From: Candidatus Poseidoniales archaeon
Lineage (GTDB): Archaea > Thermoplasmatota > Poseidoniia > Poseidoniales > Poseidoniaceae
NCBI GenBank assembly: GCA_038146705.1
Contig: JAYQSB010000002.1
Span: forward strand, 8,688 to 72,687
Direction of reading: 5' to 3'
Length of the DNA: 64,000 nt
Below, piece by piece: positions 37,501 to 46,491 of the stretch. Both the position numbers and the translations under genes were made by a program. Under the pieces are notes generated by a model, which saw nothing but the letters and a program-made list of their open reading frames with translations, was not told where the DNA came from and ran no database searches. Within the stretch, counting starts at the first letter, position 1, and each line of letters opens with the position of its first letter.

Positions 37501-39892
37501 TAATACAATCTTGAATTGCAAGTGTACTTAGTGTGTACTTACACAATCCTATGTTCGTACCTGCATAGACAGCGCTCCCTTCGACCATCAAATCAAAAAA
37601 TTGTGAAGGGCGAGTACTCCAACTGCTTCCTTGTCCAAAGGAGGAGGCGGTTTGTCCATTCCATTTCCTTGCTCCCTGCTGAGTTCCAATGAGGAGGTCG
37701 CCACCGTCAGATGCAAGTGCAAACACGTTAGCAGAGGGTAATATTGCAAACCGATTTCCACTATTACCTTGAGCGGTTACCAACGGCTCAATAATTTCGT
37801 TTAATGATAGGTCTTTACGGGCTATACCAAACCCAGGCAGACCGAGGTGAAGGATATCCCCGACGATAGCAACAGGAGCAAAATCAACGCCATTGACGCC
37901 AGTTGAGGACCATGGTTGCAAAAATGAGTTTGAACTTGTATTGTAGCGAAGAACACCTTCATCTTCAGAAGCGATGTAAATGACTTGATTGTGCATGACG
38001 ACATCCGTCAAAAACGAAGAATCAAGTCCATTTTGAGTGTTAAAAACATTCCAGCCAGCGTTAGTCGTGGTATGGTCGATATACGCCATAACGCCAGAAG
38101 CAACGATCACCAAGTTGGTTGAATCAACAGCACAACCTGCAAGCCTAGAACCCGTCTGTTGACTGCTTGTGTAATAATTTTGAACTTGGCCAGTGGCAGA
38201 CACTTTTGCTACATCTCCGTTTTTGAAGCAAGCAAAGATTGATTGTCCATCCGTACGTAAAAATGCGATAGCATTTTGATTTTGGTTACCTAAATTCGAG
38301 AATGGCGTAGCCCATTCTGCTGCAGAAACATCATACCGGTTGATGAGGTCTTCAGCCCCGACATAGATCATGCCATTGAGTTCAACTAAGCCCGACATGT
38401 CACCAGAACTCGGACCGCTTGCAAGAAGAATATCTGCATGGTTTCCCGTCGATTTATCATAGGCAATCAATCGTCCTGAACCATCACCAACGATGACTGA
38501 AGCATACGATGGACCAAACTCACCTCCCACTGGCCATGTTGTGATACTCTGACCTTCACCGAGGAGGCCAAATTCTGATGAAAGACCAAAATTACCTCCG
38601 CTGACAAAGACCCCACTGGTTGAGTTGTAGGTTTGCAAATTCTTCCCATTGAGAATGTAAATCGAATTTCCGCTGAGAGCGAGTCCACCGATGTAATTTG
38701 ATGTTAACCAGTTGCCGCTGTTCCAAGTTGACAACCAAAATCCTGAATTCCAGTCATATCTTCCAATCCCGCTATCATGAGAAGCCATGAACAATTGATT
38801 TCCAACAACGAGAAATTCGGTGACAAAGTCGGAGTGAAGATTGTTCGCAGTCGACCATTGTGAAACGACATTACCGCTTGAAATATCGATGGTTTGTACA
38901 CCCAAATTCGCATGTGAAACATACAATAAACCGTTTAATACAATCATGTCGAGTCCATCATTTGCTCCTGAACTTTGCTGTCCGGCTGGCGTCCAGTTCC
39001 CCTGCACTAGAGACGCAACTCCACCGGAATACGACGCCCACCATGTCTGTCCATCGTAAATGAATTTGTTGAACAAGTAATTCGTAGGGGCATTTGGGAG
39101 CCCGTTTTGTATTGAATTATCATCGAGTGAAATTCCAGAAAATGTTCCATCTGCATGAAGAATTTGAAGGATTTGAGATTGAATATCAATTTCAATGTCG
39201 AGGATGGACTCTTTGTTGAGGTCTAGCACATCTAGAATTGTTGATGAAACACCATCGAATGATAGCACGAGTATGCTTGAATCGATAGCGAGGTACATTT
39301 TATGATCGTTCGGGTCAATTTCCGAGTCAATAATTTCGACCTTGACTTCCCGTAGAGAAACAGCAGGGTCTGCAGGAGATAATGCTTCGATAATCATCGT
39401 TGTAATTTCAGCGTTCGTAGGGAGTGTCACTTGGGCTCCTGAGAAACTGTTCGGATTCAACTGTCCAGAAGCCGTTGAACTCCCAGGAGAGCCGTCGAAA
39501 ATATTCGTTTGGCCGAGCGTACCCCAACCTCGCATATCGACAATATTTGCATTGTTTTGTTGGCCAACAAAAAGATGAGGTTCATCGATGATGATGCCAT
39601 CTTCACCTCGTACTTGGATTTCAAGGTGAACATTGGAGACTTCTGCACCTGGTGCAAACGACAAGTTCCATGTCGCCGACGCTTTTGTATTCGTTGATGG
39701 GTTAGCACCAGTAGTCGATAATTGAACCCATCCTGTATCGTTGCTACCTTCTGTTGGCCATACGACATCGCCGGGGACAGAGTGTGCTTGTGCGGGGATG
39801 ATCAGGCCCATGGGAACCGTTGTACTGAGAGCCATGACTATGACCAATGCGAACGCAGAAAACGTCCGCCTTAACTCATAGCGTCGGTTCAT
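31568..39892 (-). CDS. Giant (2774 aa) surface protein: signal peptide, beta-propeller repeats, FN3-like repeats, C-terminal TM, Gln/Pro-rich tail
   Basis: Recurring GLPSN/GLPSS/NLHSD propeller motifs; four D-x-P-[DN]-D-[DE]-G repeats each followed by V-x-W/F; TM LLALGLGLVVLLTLIALV-RGRRR. Confidence 0.88.
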   Translation of the reverse strand: MNRRYELRRTFSAFALVIVMALSTTVPMGLIIPAQAHSVPGDVVWPTEGSNDTGWVQLSTTGANPSTNTKASATWNLSFAPGAEVSNVHLEIQVRGEDGIIIDEPHLFVGQQNNANIVDMRGWGTLGQTNIFDGSPGSSTASGQLNPNSFSGAQVTLPTNAEITTMIIEALSPADPAVSLREVKVEIIDSEIDPNDHKMYLAIDSSILVLSFDGVSSTILDVLDLNKESILDIEIDIQSQILQILHADGTFSGISLDDNSIQNGLPNAPTNYLFNKFIYDGQTWWASYSGGVASLVQGNWTPAGQQSSGANDGLDMIVLNGLLYVSHANLGVQTIDISSGNVVSQWSTANNLHSDFVTEFLVVGNQLFMASHDSGIGRYDWNSGFWLSTWNSGNWLTSNYIGGLALSGNSIYILNGKNLQTYNSTSGVFVSGGNFGLSSEFGLLGEGQSITTWPVGGEFGPSYASVIVGDGSGRLIAYDKSTGNHADILLASGPSSGDMSGLVELNGMIYVGAEDLINRYDVSAAEWATPFSNLGNQNQNAIAFLRTDGQSIFACFKNGDVAKVSATGQVQNYYTSSQQTGSRLAGCAVDSTNLVIVASGVMAYIDHTTTNAGWNVFNTQNGLDSSFLTDVVMHNQVIYIASEDEGVLRYNTSSNSFLQPWSSTGVNGVDFAPVAIVGDILHLGLPGFGIARKDLSLNEIIEPLVTAQGNSGNRFAILPSANVFALASDGGDLLIGTQQGARKWNGQTASSFGQGSSWSTRPSQFFDLMVEGSAVYAGTNIGLCKYTLSTLAIQDCINAQDGMPNWAVYSVGTNATVVFGGTVSGVGLLDKSSFTWSENWENDFGQSGNAVVEIIGDVAFIGISGFGVLRYDLTTQQWLTPYTLDNVLDNGNEDVSGLAADIRPNHLWVGGEDGFQLINVTSGQEVYDIERSSSLYTGTSEPYQMIVHNNVMYYRSDNSDSIGRIDLVNFNQLALLDAGPRVNENGGVIYGLGLVGDILIASVASGQWWNAEGSGGLALWNTSNNSWGTSVFPEGQVDRVTAYESSFGNTWVAWGESKLELYDSSYVLQGSWDQFDLPIRGIVEWKGATLFATEDGILRYDEQNSQWLSTWTEGSGLPNNAGSRFFELWTNGNHLIIGGGIYGSFGGGEFFQEGVVTHLNGITNITTLHRSSQSNNIPNGYPMSATMCGGYLHMAMYQGTGSIARFNILNNQSTTVSPFQRSDFGGFGVASVACDSSETLYVGFYNNNQGISKYSYSTQQWLNQITTSANGLPSDLVWYDGLDWSNGRLIVGHGVGNDIAGGYSIFTSNGATTGQATVRGGGSSATSFQWLGASWLMGQAGGSSGYSRVSNISILGEQVLLDLPGIVSGQLGTISGNATNVYVTTKPTTGGTGNSFAATGVLKGHFLANGSLEWDFGWTFPGRAIAYDAEMVNADMYFSTINNGLFKLSSNGQLQKISGGLHQNLDGIARYGGDLVIGLAAESGSSPGVQNFNLSTQTFTAGRLIAGLPSNIVNGFATSSTHMYIATDNGIGVWNYSNDDWEDSITSADGLPSSIVNDIFVGGSSSSGSGSLVYFATANGVVEFDESTSQLQTIGKAQGLAGNSAWMFAESTSPSGATNLLVSHDGRGDERPGISILSLSTSPPTLDSTHKFDQLPSNIVLALSSDWWGIHISTLNSQQMIHWNSSSGDFEEGQGFVNLNSWWPARDLMSNGNQIVSISSNNGIAMLESRTSAHSILNIALPPEGINEVRQGVVTSSHFWLTTDQGLVGFENNGQYNAVDDFILRRAQPLQFATAGGAISRNVTSQTHVGDEITLVDPTNPLFLNLAGDVAGPHNTTFSTMPFMFTSPVDSAMVWTKLVDLKYNAIINLSNDENLVSNLQYAIDSGMLLNNTQHVSLTLQSPQNGTLLVRLSYDYIRRDTPIQLNSIYDRPDDGGSTLMVEWSLIHDPDFSQYHIFVNDGPWINAPTELELRQRTPDKTISLHSRTSSEVSTADSVPLVDGREYFAIVVTQYNDGRWGNIPLQIGPATPTDEVPRPPNWATAEPHTNGEDGEIELEWARCTALDLASTNVYVSKNQFSDVIGLKIHDTIDVLEGNTSIISLTPQTPYWIGFTCEDEAGQENTSDVTIVGPVVPTGELNDNQAPLPINGTIADDIPNDEGGRISVQWNVSLDDDCSLYTVFMKQAQNDGITNADDQNSTTRGSVNDFSQAAIISPCDENQTILSSLDGVPLIDGQQYIIGVVAYDAWLNGNTEDVLLVSATPLQNIVGSGTIPNRVTNIMAFDHPDDDGTAIDVVWQPSEADDFASYTIWVADKPLTDISWLYASRGTNAANCGCFSFNKQWIDERTNPIELTISTALYGGQDLLASTPQIIQPDVKLYVVVTVHDIKGNVHVDDLIQATVTPIDNLNDNDPPQRIDTVSILDVPNDDGTSVFVDFEFSNASDISSYEIYGATWAFSSVTIGGDGPTDPLFILTRTPELPIRLDLLAGDTQIIAGLDIWVAVVAVDAAGNAHRTELIVAEGSAVDNGGFSSSDPLSPALDVKVSWIDERDILIQWENPIDERVDGMRIYIQNEGFSTIDEADFLGEVKGDTSFIITSEVYSALVNSSKWYIAVTPFNALGVEKEVVPVVLNNVDASATEGEQNGDGTEFSINAILSQEMLLALGLGLVVLLTLIALVRGRRRTGGARISKDWELQESTWGIETDTTWNRGASETFDQQPPSQPEQQVGTYGRQVYQATQPVLQPVQQPNQIIQPAQTPTQNAPSSIDTSFLDDLL

Positions 39893-40049
39893 AGAATTTT
39901 TTGTTGTTTTATGGTATTTGAAGGCATTCCTTCACTGACTCTAATTTTGCATCACGCAATGTTTGTTCTAGACGATGAATTGACGCATGTGCCTCATTTC
40001 ATGAGCAATGCTCATACATGAAGGGGGCACCGGTTTTGATGGTGATGAT

Positions 40050-42359
40050 ATGAATCGACGTCAAAAAGAGTCCAGACTCAAGAAGGAGGCGTTGGAGTAT
40101 CACGAAGCCGAACCCCGTGGGAAAATCAAAGTGGTTCCAACCAAACCGCATTCGACTTCTCACGAGTTGAGCCTAGCATATTCACCGGGTGTTGCTTACC
40201 CTTGCTTAGAAATTGAAAAAGTCCCAGAGAATGCATACAAGTACACATCGAAAGGAAATTTAGTCGCAGTAATAAGCAACGGAACTGCGGTACTTGGACT
40301 AGGAAATATTGGACCTCTAGCCAGCAAACCGGTCATGGAAGGCAAAGGCCTGCTCCTCAAGACCTTTGCAGGCATTGATGTTTTTGACATTGAAATAAAC
40401 ACTGAAGACCCAGATGAATTTGTGAAAACAGTTGTCAACATCTCTCAAACTTTTGGTGGTATAAACCTTGAAGACATCAAAGCCCCAGAATGTTTTGAAA
40501 TTGAAAAACGCATTGCTGAGGCGACAGACATTCCAGTCATGCACGATGACCAGCATGGAACTGCCATCATTTCAGGAGCAGCTTTGCTCAACGCATGTGA
40601 ACTGCAAGACAAGTCGTTAGACAAGGTCAACGTCGTCGTGATCGGTGCAGGTGCATCAGCCATCGCATGTGCCAGACACTATGTGGCGCTAGGCGTGAAA
40701 ATTGAGAACATCACAATGGTTGATAGTCAAGGTATCGTTACAAAATCAAGAGTCGATAAGGGTGAGGTTAACGAATACAAACAACCGTTTGCACAAGACC
40801 GTAAGGATGGAGACCTAGCAGATGCCCTCGTGGGTGCTGATGTTCTTCTTGGACTATCAAAAGGTGGGCTTGTTTCAAAGGAAATGGTCGAAAAAATGGC
40901 CCCAAAACCAATTGTTTTCGCACTTGCAAACCCAACTCCTGAAATCACACCGGAGGAAGTCATGAAGGTCCGAAAGGATGCAATCGTTGCAACGGGCAGG
41001 TCTGATTATCCCAATCAAGTCAATAATGTGCTTGGATTTCCCTACATTTTCAGGGGTGCTCTCGATGTTCGAGCAAGAGATATCACTCAACATATGAAAA
41101 TGGCTGCAACCCGAGCTCTTGCTGCACTAGCTAAAGAACCAGTGCCTGATTACATATCGGAAGCGTACGATGGGGTAACAATGCAATATGGTCCGGAGTA
41201 TATCATCCCGAAGCCATTCGATCGGCGAGTCCTCATTTGGGAAGCAGCCGCTGTAGCCAAAGCTGCAATTGAGGAAGGAATCGCAGCCGTTTCTCTTGAA
41301 GAATTTGATTTGAAAGCCTACCAAGAGGAATTGGAGGCAAGATTAGGTGAGTCATATTCTGTCATGCGACAGGTAATCAATCAAGTACGGGGTAAGAACA
41401 AGAGAATTGTGTTCCCCGAAGGTGACAATGAGAAGGTCATCCGAGCAGCTGCTCAATTACATGAAGAAAAAATCTGCCATCCCATTCTTCTGGGCAAAGT
41501 CGATAGAATCAACGAGATGGTCGAGGATCTTGGATTGCATTTTGATTATGAAGTCTATGACCCTCCAAATGACCCGCGTAGAAAAACAACATACGCAGAA
41601 GGGTTTTTCAAAAAACGACAACGTAAAGGCATCACACTCGCTGATGCTCAACGAATGATGCGAAGCAGGCCATATTTTGCAAGTCAAATGGTTGTACAAG
41701 GTGACGCCGATGGATTTGTTGGAGGTGTGAGTCGAAAATATGCTGATGTTTTACGCCCTACACTCGAGTCAATAGGTTCAGACACAGAAAGTCATTGTGT
41801 TATTGGTTGCTACATGATGAACATCAAAGGTCGGACGATATTTCTTGCAGACGCCACAGTCAATGTTTATCCAGATGAACGGACCCTTGCTGAAATAGCC
41901 GTGCAAACAGCGAAGGTAGCACGACGGTTTGGTGTGAGTCCTCGTGTTGCCATGCTTTCATTTTCAAATTTTGGTTCAACAAAAGAAATCCGAACCAACC
42001 GTATCGAAAAAGCTCTGAAAATTGCAAAAGAACTCGACCCTACACTTGTGATTGATGGCCCTATGCAAGCAGATACCGCCCTCAATACAACCGTGCAAAG
42101 TGAGTATCCCTTTATGTCATTTAAAGGTCCAGCGAACGTCCTTATCCTCCCGAACCTAGCAGCAGCAAATATTGCATACAAATTGCTTGAAGAATTGGGG
42201 GATGCTGAAATGACAGGCCCAATCCTCGAAGGAATGAAATGCCCTGTTCAACTCGTCGCTCAGCAAGATGGAGTACGACATATATTCAATATGGCAACAA
42301 TATGTGTGGCGGATGCAATTCGAAAAGAATCTGTATGGAATCAATTTTCAGTTGAGTAG
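40050..42359 (+). CDS. maeB: NADP-dependent malic enzyme with phosphotransacetylase-like domain
   Basis: [58 protein letters not shown]-like [24 protein letters not shown]. Confidence 0.96.
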   Translation: MNRRQKESRLKKEALEYHEAEPRGKIKVVPTKPHSTSHELSLAYSPGVAYPCLEIEKVPENAYKYTSKGNLVAVISNGTAVLGLGNIGPLASKPVMEGKGLLLKTFAGIDVFDIEINTEDPDEFVKTVVNISQTFGGINLEDIKAPECFEIEKRIAEATDIPVMHDDQHGTAIISGAALLNACELQDKSLDKVNVVVIGAGASAIACARHYVALGVKIENITMVDSQGIVTKSRVDKGEVNEYKQPFAQDRKDGDLADALVGADVLLGLSKGGLVSKEMVEKMAPKPIVFALANPTPEITPEEVMKVRKDAIVATGRSDYPNQVNNVLGFPYIFRGALDVRARDITQHMKMAATRALAALAKEPVPDYISEAYDGVTMQYGPEYIIPKPFDRRVLIWEAAAVAKAAIEEGIAAVSLEEFDLKAYQEELEARLGESYSVMRQVINQVRGKNKRIVFPEGDNEKVIRAAAQLHEEKICHPILLGKVDRINEMVEDLGLHFDYEVYDPPNDPRRKTTYAEGFFKKRQRKGITLADAQRMMRSRPYFASQMVVQGDADGFVGGVSRKYADVLRPTLESIGSDTESHCVIGCYMMNIKGRTIFLADATVNVYPDERTLAEIAVQTAKVARRFGVSPRVAMLSFSNFGSTKEIRTNRIEKALKIAKELDPTLVIDGPMQADTALNTTVQSEYPFMSFKGPANVLILPNLAAANIAYKLLEELGDAEMTGPILEGMKCPVQLVAQQDGVRHIFNMATICVADAIRKESVWNQFSVE

Positions 42360-43189
42360 ACACCTTCCTTGTAGTGAATTGTTGGTCGTTTCGGCCTCCA
42401 TATTGCACCACTTACAAATCCAGCGACAAGGCCTCCAAAAAGTAGATTTGGCCAACCAGATATTGCATAATCTTCCATCCCTCGAAAAATTGGAATGAGA
42501 AATGAAGGAACAATACCTAAGCACGTTATCCAGAGCAATTCTGAACGAATTGTCGCAAATAAATCGGCATTCTTTGGTACAATTTTAGCAGGACCTCGTC
42601 GTTGTGGAGAAATCACGAATCGAGCGATAACATTTGGCAATCCTCGATCGATTGGAACAGAAGTTAGTGCTGTAACCTTTTGATTCCGAGGGTGTGTTGC
42701 GATAGCGGCTACTTGAGCCGCAGCGGGACCGATAAGATTGTTTGGGCGTGGCCGTCCGTCCATCATCGCTCCTCTATTTCCGAGAACAGGAGCATCGCAG
42801 AGCAACTCGGTTTTCCCCATTCGGGATTGTATGATGTCGTTTTCAAATGCACATTGCCATTCTGCTATTGATGGGAGCCGAACTTCCCAATCTCCAGAGT
42901 TCAAGAATTGTTCGACCTCTTCGTTCTGTATGAATTTTTCAATGAGTTCATTGGTTTGTTGAAATAGAATTTCTTCGACATCACCATCGTCATGATTTGA
43001 TTCTTCATTGAATAATACAGCGATGTCTCGATGTTGAATTGGAGTTTCGAGGATGTAATATTCGGGAAGTTTGACTTCATACCGTGGTCGTTGACTGGCG
43101 TACATCCATCCGCCCTTGTCACTTCCAACATAACAGGATTGAGATGGAACTTTGACAAAATTAAATTCCAAAAGACGAAGTTGATTCAC
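42341..43189 (-). CDS. Degenerate FGE-sulfatase (SUMF1)-fold protein with two C-terminal TM helices
   Basis: FVKVP..YVGS..P.YEV.L..YYI..TPI and RLPSIAEWQ; no catalytic Cys motif; hydrophobic C-terminus. Confidence 0.6.
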   Translation of the reverse strand: MNQLRLLEFNFVKVPSQSCYVGSDKGGWMYASQRPRYEVKLPEYYILETPIQHRDIAVLFNEESNHDDGDVEEILFQQTNELIEKFIQNEEVEQFLNSGDWEVRLPSIAEWQCAFENDIIQSRMGKTELLCDAPVLGNRGAMMDGRPRPNNLIGPAAAQVAAIATHPRNQKVTALTSVPIDRGLPNVIARFVISPQRRGPAKIVPKNADLFATIRSELLWITCLGIVPSFLIPIFRGMEDYAISGWPNLLFGGLVAGFVSGAIWRPKRPTIHYKEGVYSTEN

Positions 43190-43198
43190 GAGGATTCC

Positions 43199-43888
43199 TC
43201 AAGTGATGAGTGCCATCATTCGATCATACCAAGCCATGCCTTTTTTATGATTTGTAAGCAAAGAGAACTGCTTAAACGGTGAGATTGAACGCATGTAGCC
43301 AAAGGCTGCAAAGTCAACTAGATCTGGGCTTGTCCCGCCAAAAAAAGTATTTTCGCCAACCTCACTGGTAAATTCGTCTAGGAGGTCGTGCCAAAGTTGT
43401 TGAGGCGTTCGCCCATCTTTTTTTACTCTCGACCTCGCAATGATGCCCCACATGATTGGAAAACCAAGCCAAGCGTATGCCTTTCGATATATGAAACCAA
43501 ATTTCTCCTCCTTTGAAACTCTCCGAGTTGTGCTTAGTGCAGAAAAGAACCCTCCGTATAAGATAGGGATTGTCGCTTTCGAGAGTTTTGTATCGCACCA
43601 TTCGAGCCATTTTTGCTGACGTTCTTGATTTTCTGCGAAAAGTTTGCCATCATTGTGCGTTTGGTCAAGATGTTTCATGATTGGTGTTGAATCAACATGG
43701 TGTTTGCCTTCGGCATCTGTGTACACAGGAACTTTGTTCCAATCGTCTACAAAATTCAATTCTTTTTTTGCCCGCAACCCGTTAATTCCGTGATATGACA
43801 CATCAAGGTTGAGATAACGAATCAGCCCGCGAACCTTCCAACAAAACGGGCAGGTATACAGCAAATGGAGCGTACCATCTTTGCCCAT
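43199..43888 (-). CDS. Glutathione S-transferase/glutaredoxin of the prostaglandin E synthase 2 type
   Basis: TCPFCWKVR, KVPV, DSTPI, FFGGTSPDLVDFAAFG, WYDRM. Confidence 0.85.
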   Translation of the reverse strand: MGKDGTLHLLYTCPFCWKVRGLIRYLNLDVSYHGINGLRAKKELNFVDDWNKVPVYTDAEGKHHVDSTPIMKHLDQTHNDGKLFAENQERQQKWLEWCDTKLSKATIPILYGGFFSALSTTRRVSKEEKFGFIYRKAYAWLGFPIMWGIIARSRVKKDGRTPQQLWHDLLDEFTSEVGENTFFGGTSPDLVDFAAFGYMRSISPFKQFSLLTNHKKGMAWYDRMMALIT

Positions 43889-43922
43889 ATCAAATCGACA
43901 AGATGTACCTTCTTAAGCCTCA

Positions 43923-44246
43923 TCAATCGTCCATATCCTGATTTACTTTCCAACCTGGTTTCCAAAAATCAATATTATCGAGCCAAGTCAACCATTCGTC
44001 ATCAATACAGGTGAGGAGTATATCGGCTCTCATGACCAATCCATCTAAATTAATCTTGGAAAGTGTGCCTTCATGATGTGCAAGATTCCATTCTTCAAGA
44101 CAACGTTTAACTTCACTGCGTCCGGACGCAGGAGAATTGTAGTGATGTTCACAGGTCTCTCTCAGTTCTGCTAACCAAATGGTGTATGTTTTGAGTATTG
44201 GATCATTTGGAATGGGTCGTTTCTTTTCCCAAAACTTCCACCCCAT
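43923..44246 (-). CDS. Hypothetical Trp-rich protein (start uncertain, up to 44351)
   Basis: ORF fills the gap between the GST and rlmH; MGWKFWEKK start avoids overlap with rlmH. Confidence 0.6.
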   Translation of the reverse strand: MGWKFWEKKRPIPNDPILKTYTIWLAELRETCEHHYNSPASGRSEVKRCLEEWNLAHHEGTLSKINLDGLVMRADILLTCIDDEWLTWLDNIDFWKPGWKVNQDMDD

Positions 44247-44324
44247 GAGGGAATACTTCAAGCCCAACCACTTGAGGATTTTCCTCATCAAAGCAGGTAT
44301 CAACGAGTTCCACATCGGCGTATC

Positions 44325-44756
44325 ATGGGCCGAATTGTGGTTCACCTCCATGGTCGATTAAGAGATTCATCAATGAAATCACTGTTTTCTACATATGAAG
44401 CACGATTGAAATCAAAAAATATTCGCGTTGAAATACATAATGAAAAGAGTTCACCACTCGAGTATTACAATCAAATTTGTTCCCAGGAAGGTGAAAAACT
44501 GTTTCTCGATGAAAACGGAAAAATGTACAATTCTTTGGAATTTTCAGAATTGATTGGGACCGTGTCACTTCGTTCGGAGCATTTACATTTATGCATAGGG
44601 CCTGTCGAAGGTTGGAACAGTGTCCTTAAAACATCAGATTCTATAGTATCATTATCAAAGATGACCTTTACACATGAATTTGCTTCAGTTGTTCTCATTG
44701 AGCAAATTTATCGAGCTTTTGAAATTTTGAAAGGCTCAGAATATCACAAGGTATAG
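44325..44756 (+). CDS. rlmH: 23S rRNA m3-pseudouridine1915 methyltransferase (SPOUT)
   Basis: LDENGK..NS.EF, IGPVEG, SLSKMTFTHE, LIEQIYRAF.I.KG..YHK. Confidence 0.88.
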   Translation: MGRIVVHLHGRLRDSSMKSLFSTYEARLKSKNIRVEIHNEKSSPLEYYNQICSQEGEKLFLDENGKMYNSLEFSELIGTVSLRSEHLHLCIGPVEGWNSVLKTSDSIVSLSKMTFTHEFASVVLIEQIYRAFEILKGSEYHKV

Positions 44757-44803
44757 GCAATGGTCAAGAAGGTCGGTCATCAGCAACGAATGAGTGAGGC
44801 AAC

Positions 44804-45535
44804 ATGCTGATAGAATCATTTGCCAACAAGAGTGTCATCTACCTTGTTGTCTTTGCGATATCAATGGTGTTGTTCTTATGGAGTCGACATCAACCTTTCC
44901 CTCTCATTTCAAAGAGGTTGGCTTACATCTCGTTTGGCTATCTTTCTCTTCTTCTTCTATCTGATACGGCACCGAGGCCGATGGAAATCGATACAATACT
45001 TTTGACTCTTTTTCTTTTCTCAGGCTTAGGATTATGGCTTGGTATGTATCATTTGTTGAAGACGAGGAGAGATGTCATCATCGCACCAATGTTTGGATTT
45101 TTGTTTTGTCTTTCAAGCACAGGCCTCATTGTTTTACTTTGGAATCAATTAGATCAACTCGAGCATTGGGTTGGCTTTCTTACACTGGGTGCGCTCTACT
45201 CCGGTCAAACGTGGTTGGTGTTTCGTGGTTTGCTCATAGGTCGCCTTCCTCTTGCATGGAGCCAAGCTGGATATATCGCCTTAAGCAAAGGTCAGTTGTT
45301 CGGGCCTCACGGAGCAATCAAATGTTTTGAAAGAGCGTGGGATGCAGAAGAAGAGCACCTCAACCCAATGGCCTATTTTGCTTTAGAACAAATACATCGA
45401 AGCCTCGGAAACACGAGTGATTCGCAAAAATGGTCAGATTTGCTTGAGTTATCAGGGGGAATACATGCTATCGACGCCCATTGGGTTGAGGCTATTGAAT
45501 CAAGCATCGAAAATATCACAATCGACCTGCGGTAA
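44804..45535 (+). CDS. Hypothetical membrane protein (about 5 TM plus TPR-like helical C-terminus)
   Basis: Hydrophobic N-terminal two thirds; helical soluble tail. Confidence 0.75.
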   Translation: MLIESFANKSVIYLVVFAISMVLFLWSRHQPFPLISKRLAYISFGYLSLLLLSDTAPRPMEIDTILLTLFLFSGLGLWLGMYHLLKTRRDVIIAPMFGFLFCLSSTGLIVLLWNQLDQLEHWVGFLTLGALYSGQTWLVFRGLLIGRLPLAWSQAGYIALSKGQLFGPHGAIKCFERAWDAEEEHLNPMAYFALEQIHRSLGNTSDSQKWSDLLELSGGIHAIDAHWVEAIESSIENITIDLR

Positions 45536-45614
45536 TGTATGATACTATCAAAGAACGAAACAGATTGACACAAGAAATACAAGATATTATAATCTTCGAG
45601 GCCAATATACTTCC

Positions 45615-45899
45615 ATGAGCATGGACAACGAAGCGAAAGACTGGCCACTGGGAACGATTATGTGGTATGCGGTTCTAGTTTGGTTTTCATCCAGTTTGCT
45701 TTCACAGTCGATTTATCTCGCACTCTATCGGCAGCCATATGATGCTCTAGTTTTGCTTCAGACGTTGGGTCCATTATACTACGTTGTTGTTGTTGTTGAA
45801 GTAATAATGTGGATCGCATTACTTCTTTTAGGAATAACGAAACTAAAGTCGACAAAGCGTCAACAAGGTCCAGAAACGTTCGTTGTCACAAGTGCTTGA
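45615..45899 (+). CDS. Small 2-TM membrane protein
   Basis: Two hydrophobic helices, basic C-terminus. Confidence 0.65.
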   Translation: MSMDNEAKDWPLGTIMWYAVLVWFSSSLLSQSIYLALYRQPYDALVLLQTLGPLYYVVVVVEVIMWIALLLLGITKLKSTKRQQGPETFVVTSA

Positions 45900-45986
45900 A
45901 CGGATAGATTGAGAGCACGGAGAAAGGCAATGCTCCTAGCAAAAAAGACCGATGAATTCAAATGCTTTCAAAATTAAGATGCTATC

Positions 45987-46469
45987 GTGAATTCAAAGAA
46001 AGATGAGCCTTTTGTTTCGGGAATTCCGATGGACGTTGAACCTGTCCACTTGGAGCAATTTTCCGAAGAATTGCCTCGTCATGCACGCCTTGTGAGTTTA
46101 GAAGAAGCTCGGGAATCCCTAGAAATTGCCTCCAGCACAATGTGCATTCTACAATCACTCAGTGAAGAAGCGCATGACCTTACAAACGAACTAGAAATAT
46201 TGCTCGAACAACTCGATGTGAATGACGAACACGTCGTTCAAGTTGCAGAACAACTCGCTTGCCTTGTCGCTCAGTGGCAAGGATTGGTCGAAGAATTGGA
46301 ATTAACAGGGGCAAGAATAGCCTCACTCGATTTAGGAAGATTAGAGTGGTATGGAATTGTTGATGATACACTAGCAATTTATTCTTGGATGATTGGAGAA
46401 GATGACATTGAATGGTATCATGATGTTCATTGCAGTTTTCAAACCCGAAAACCACTCATAGAAGCATGA
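45987..46469 (+). CDS. DUF2203-like protein
   Basis: 'SLEEARE', coiled coil, then 'LDLGRLEW..YSWMIGEDDIEWYH..F..RKPL'. Confidence 0.7.
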   Translation: MNSKKDEPFVSGIPMDVEPVHLEQFSEELPRHARLVSLEEARESLEIASSTMCILQSLSEEAHDLTNELEILLEQLDVNDEHVVQVAEQLACLVAQWQGLVEELELTGARIASLDLGRLEWYGIVDDTLAIYSWMIGEDDIEWYHDVHCSFQTRKPLIEA

Positions 46470-46491
46470 GCGTGGCTAACTCGGTGAGGGA

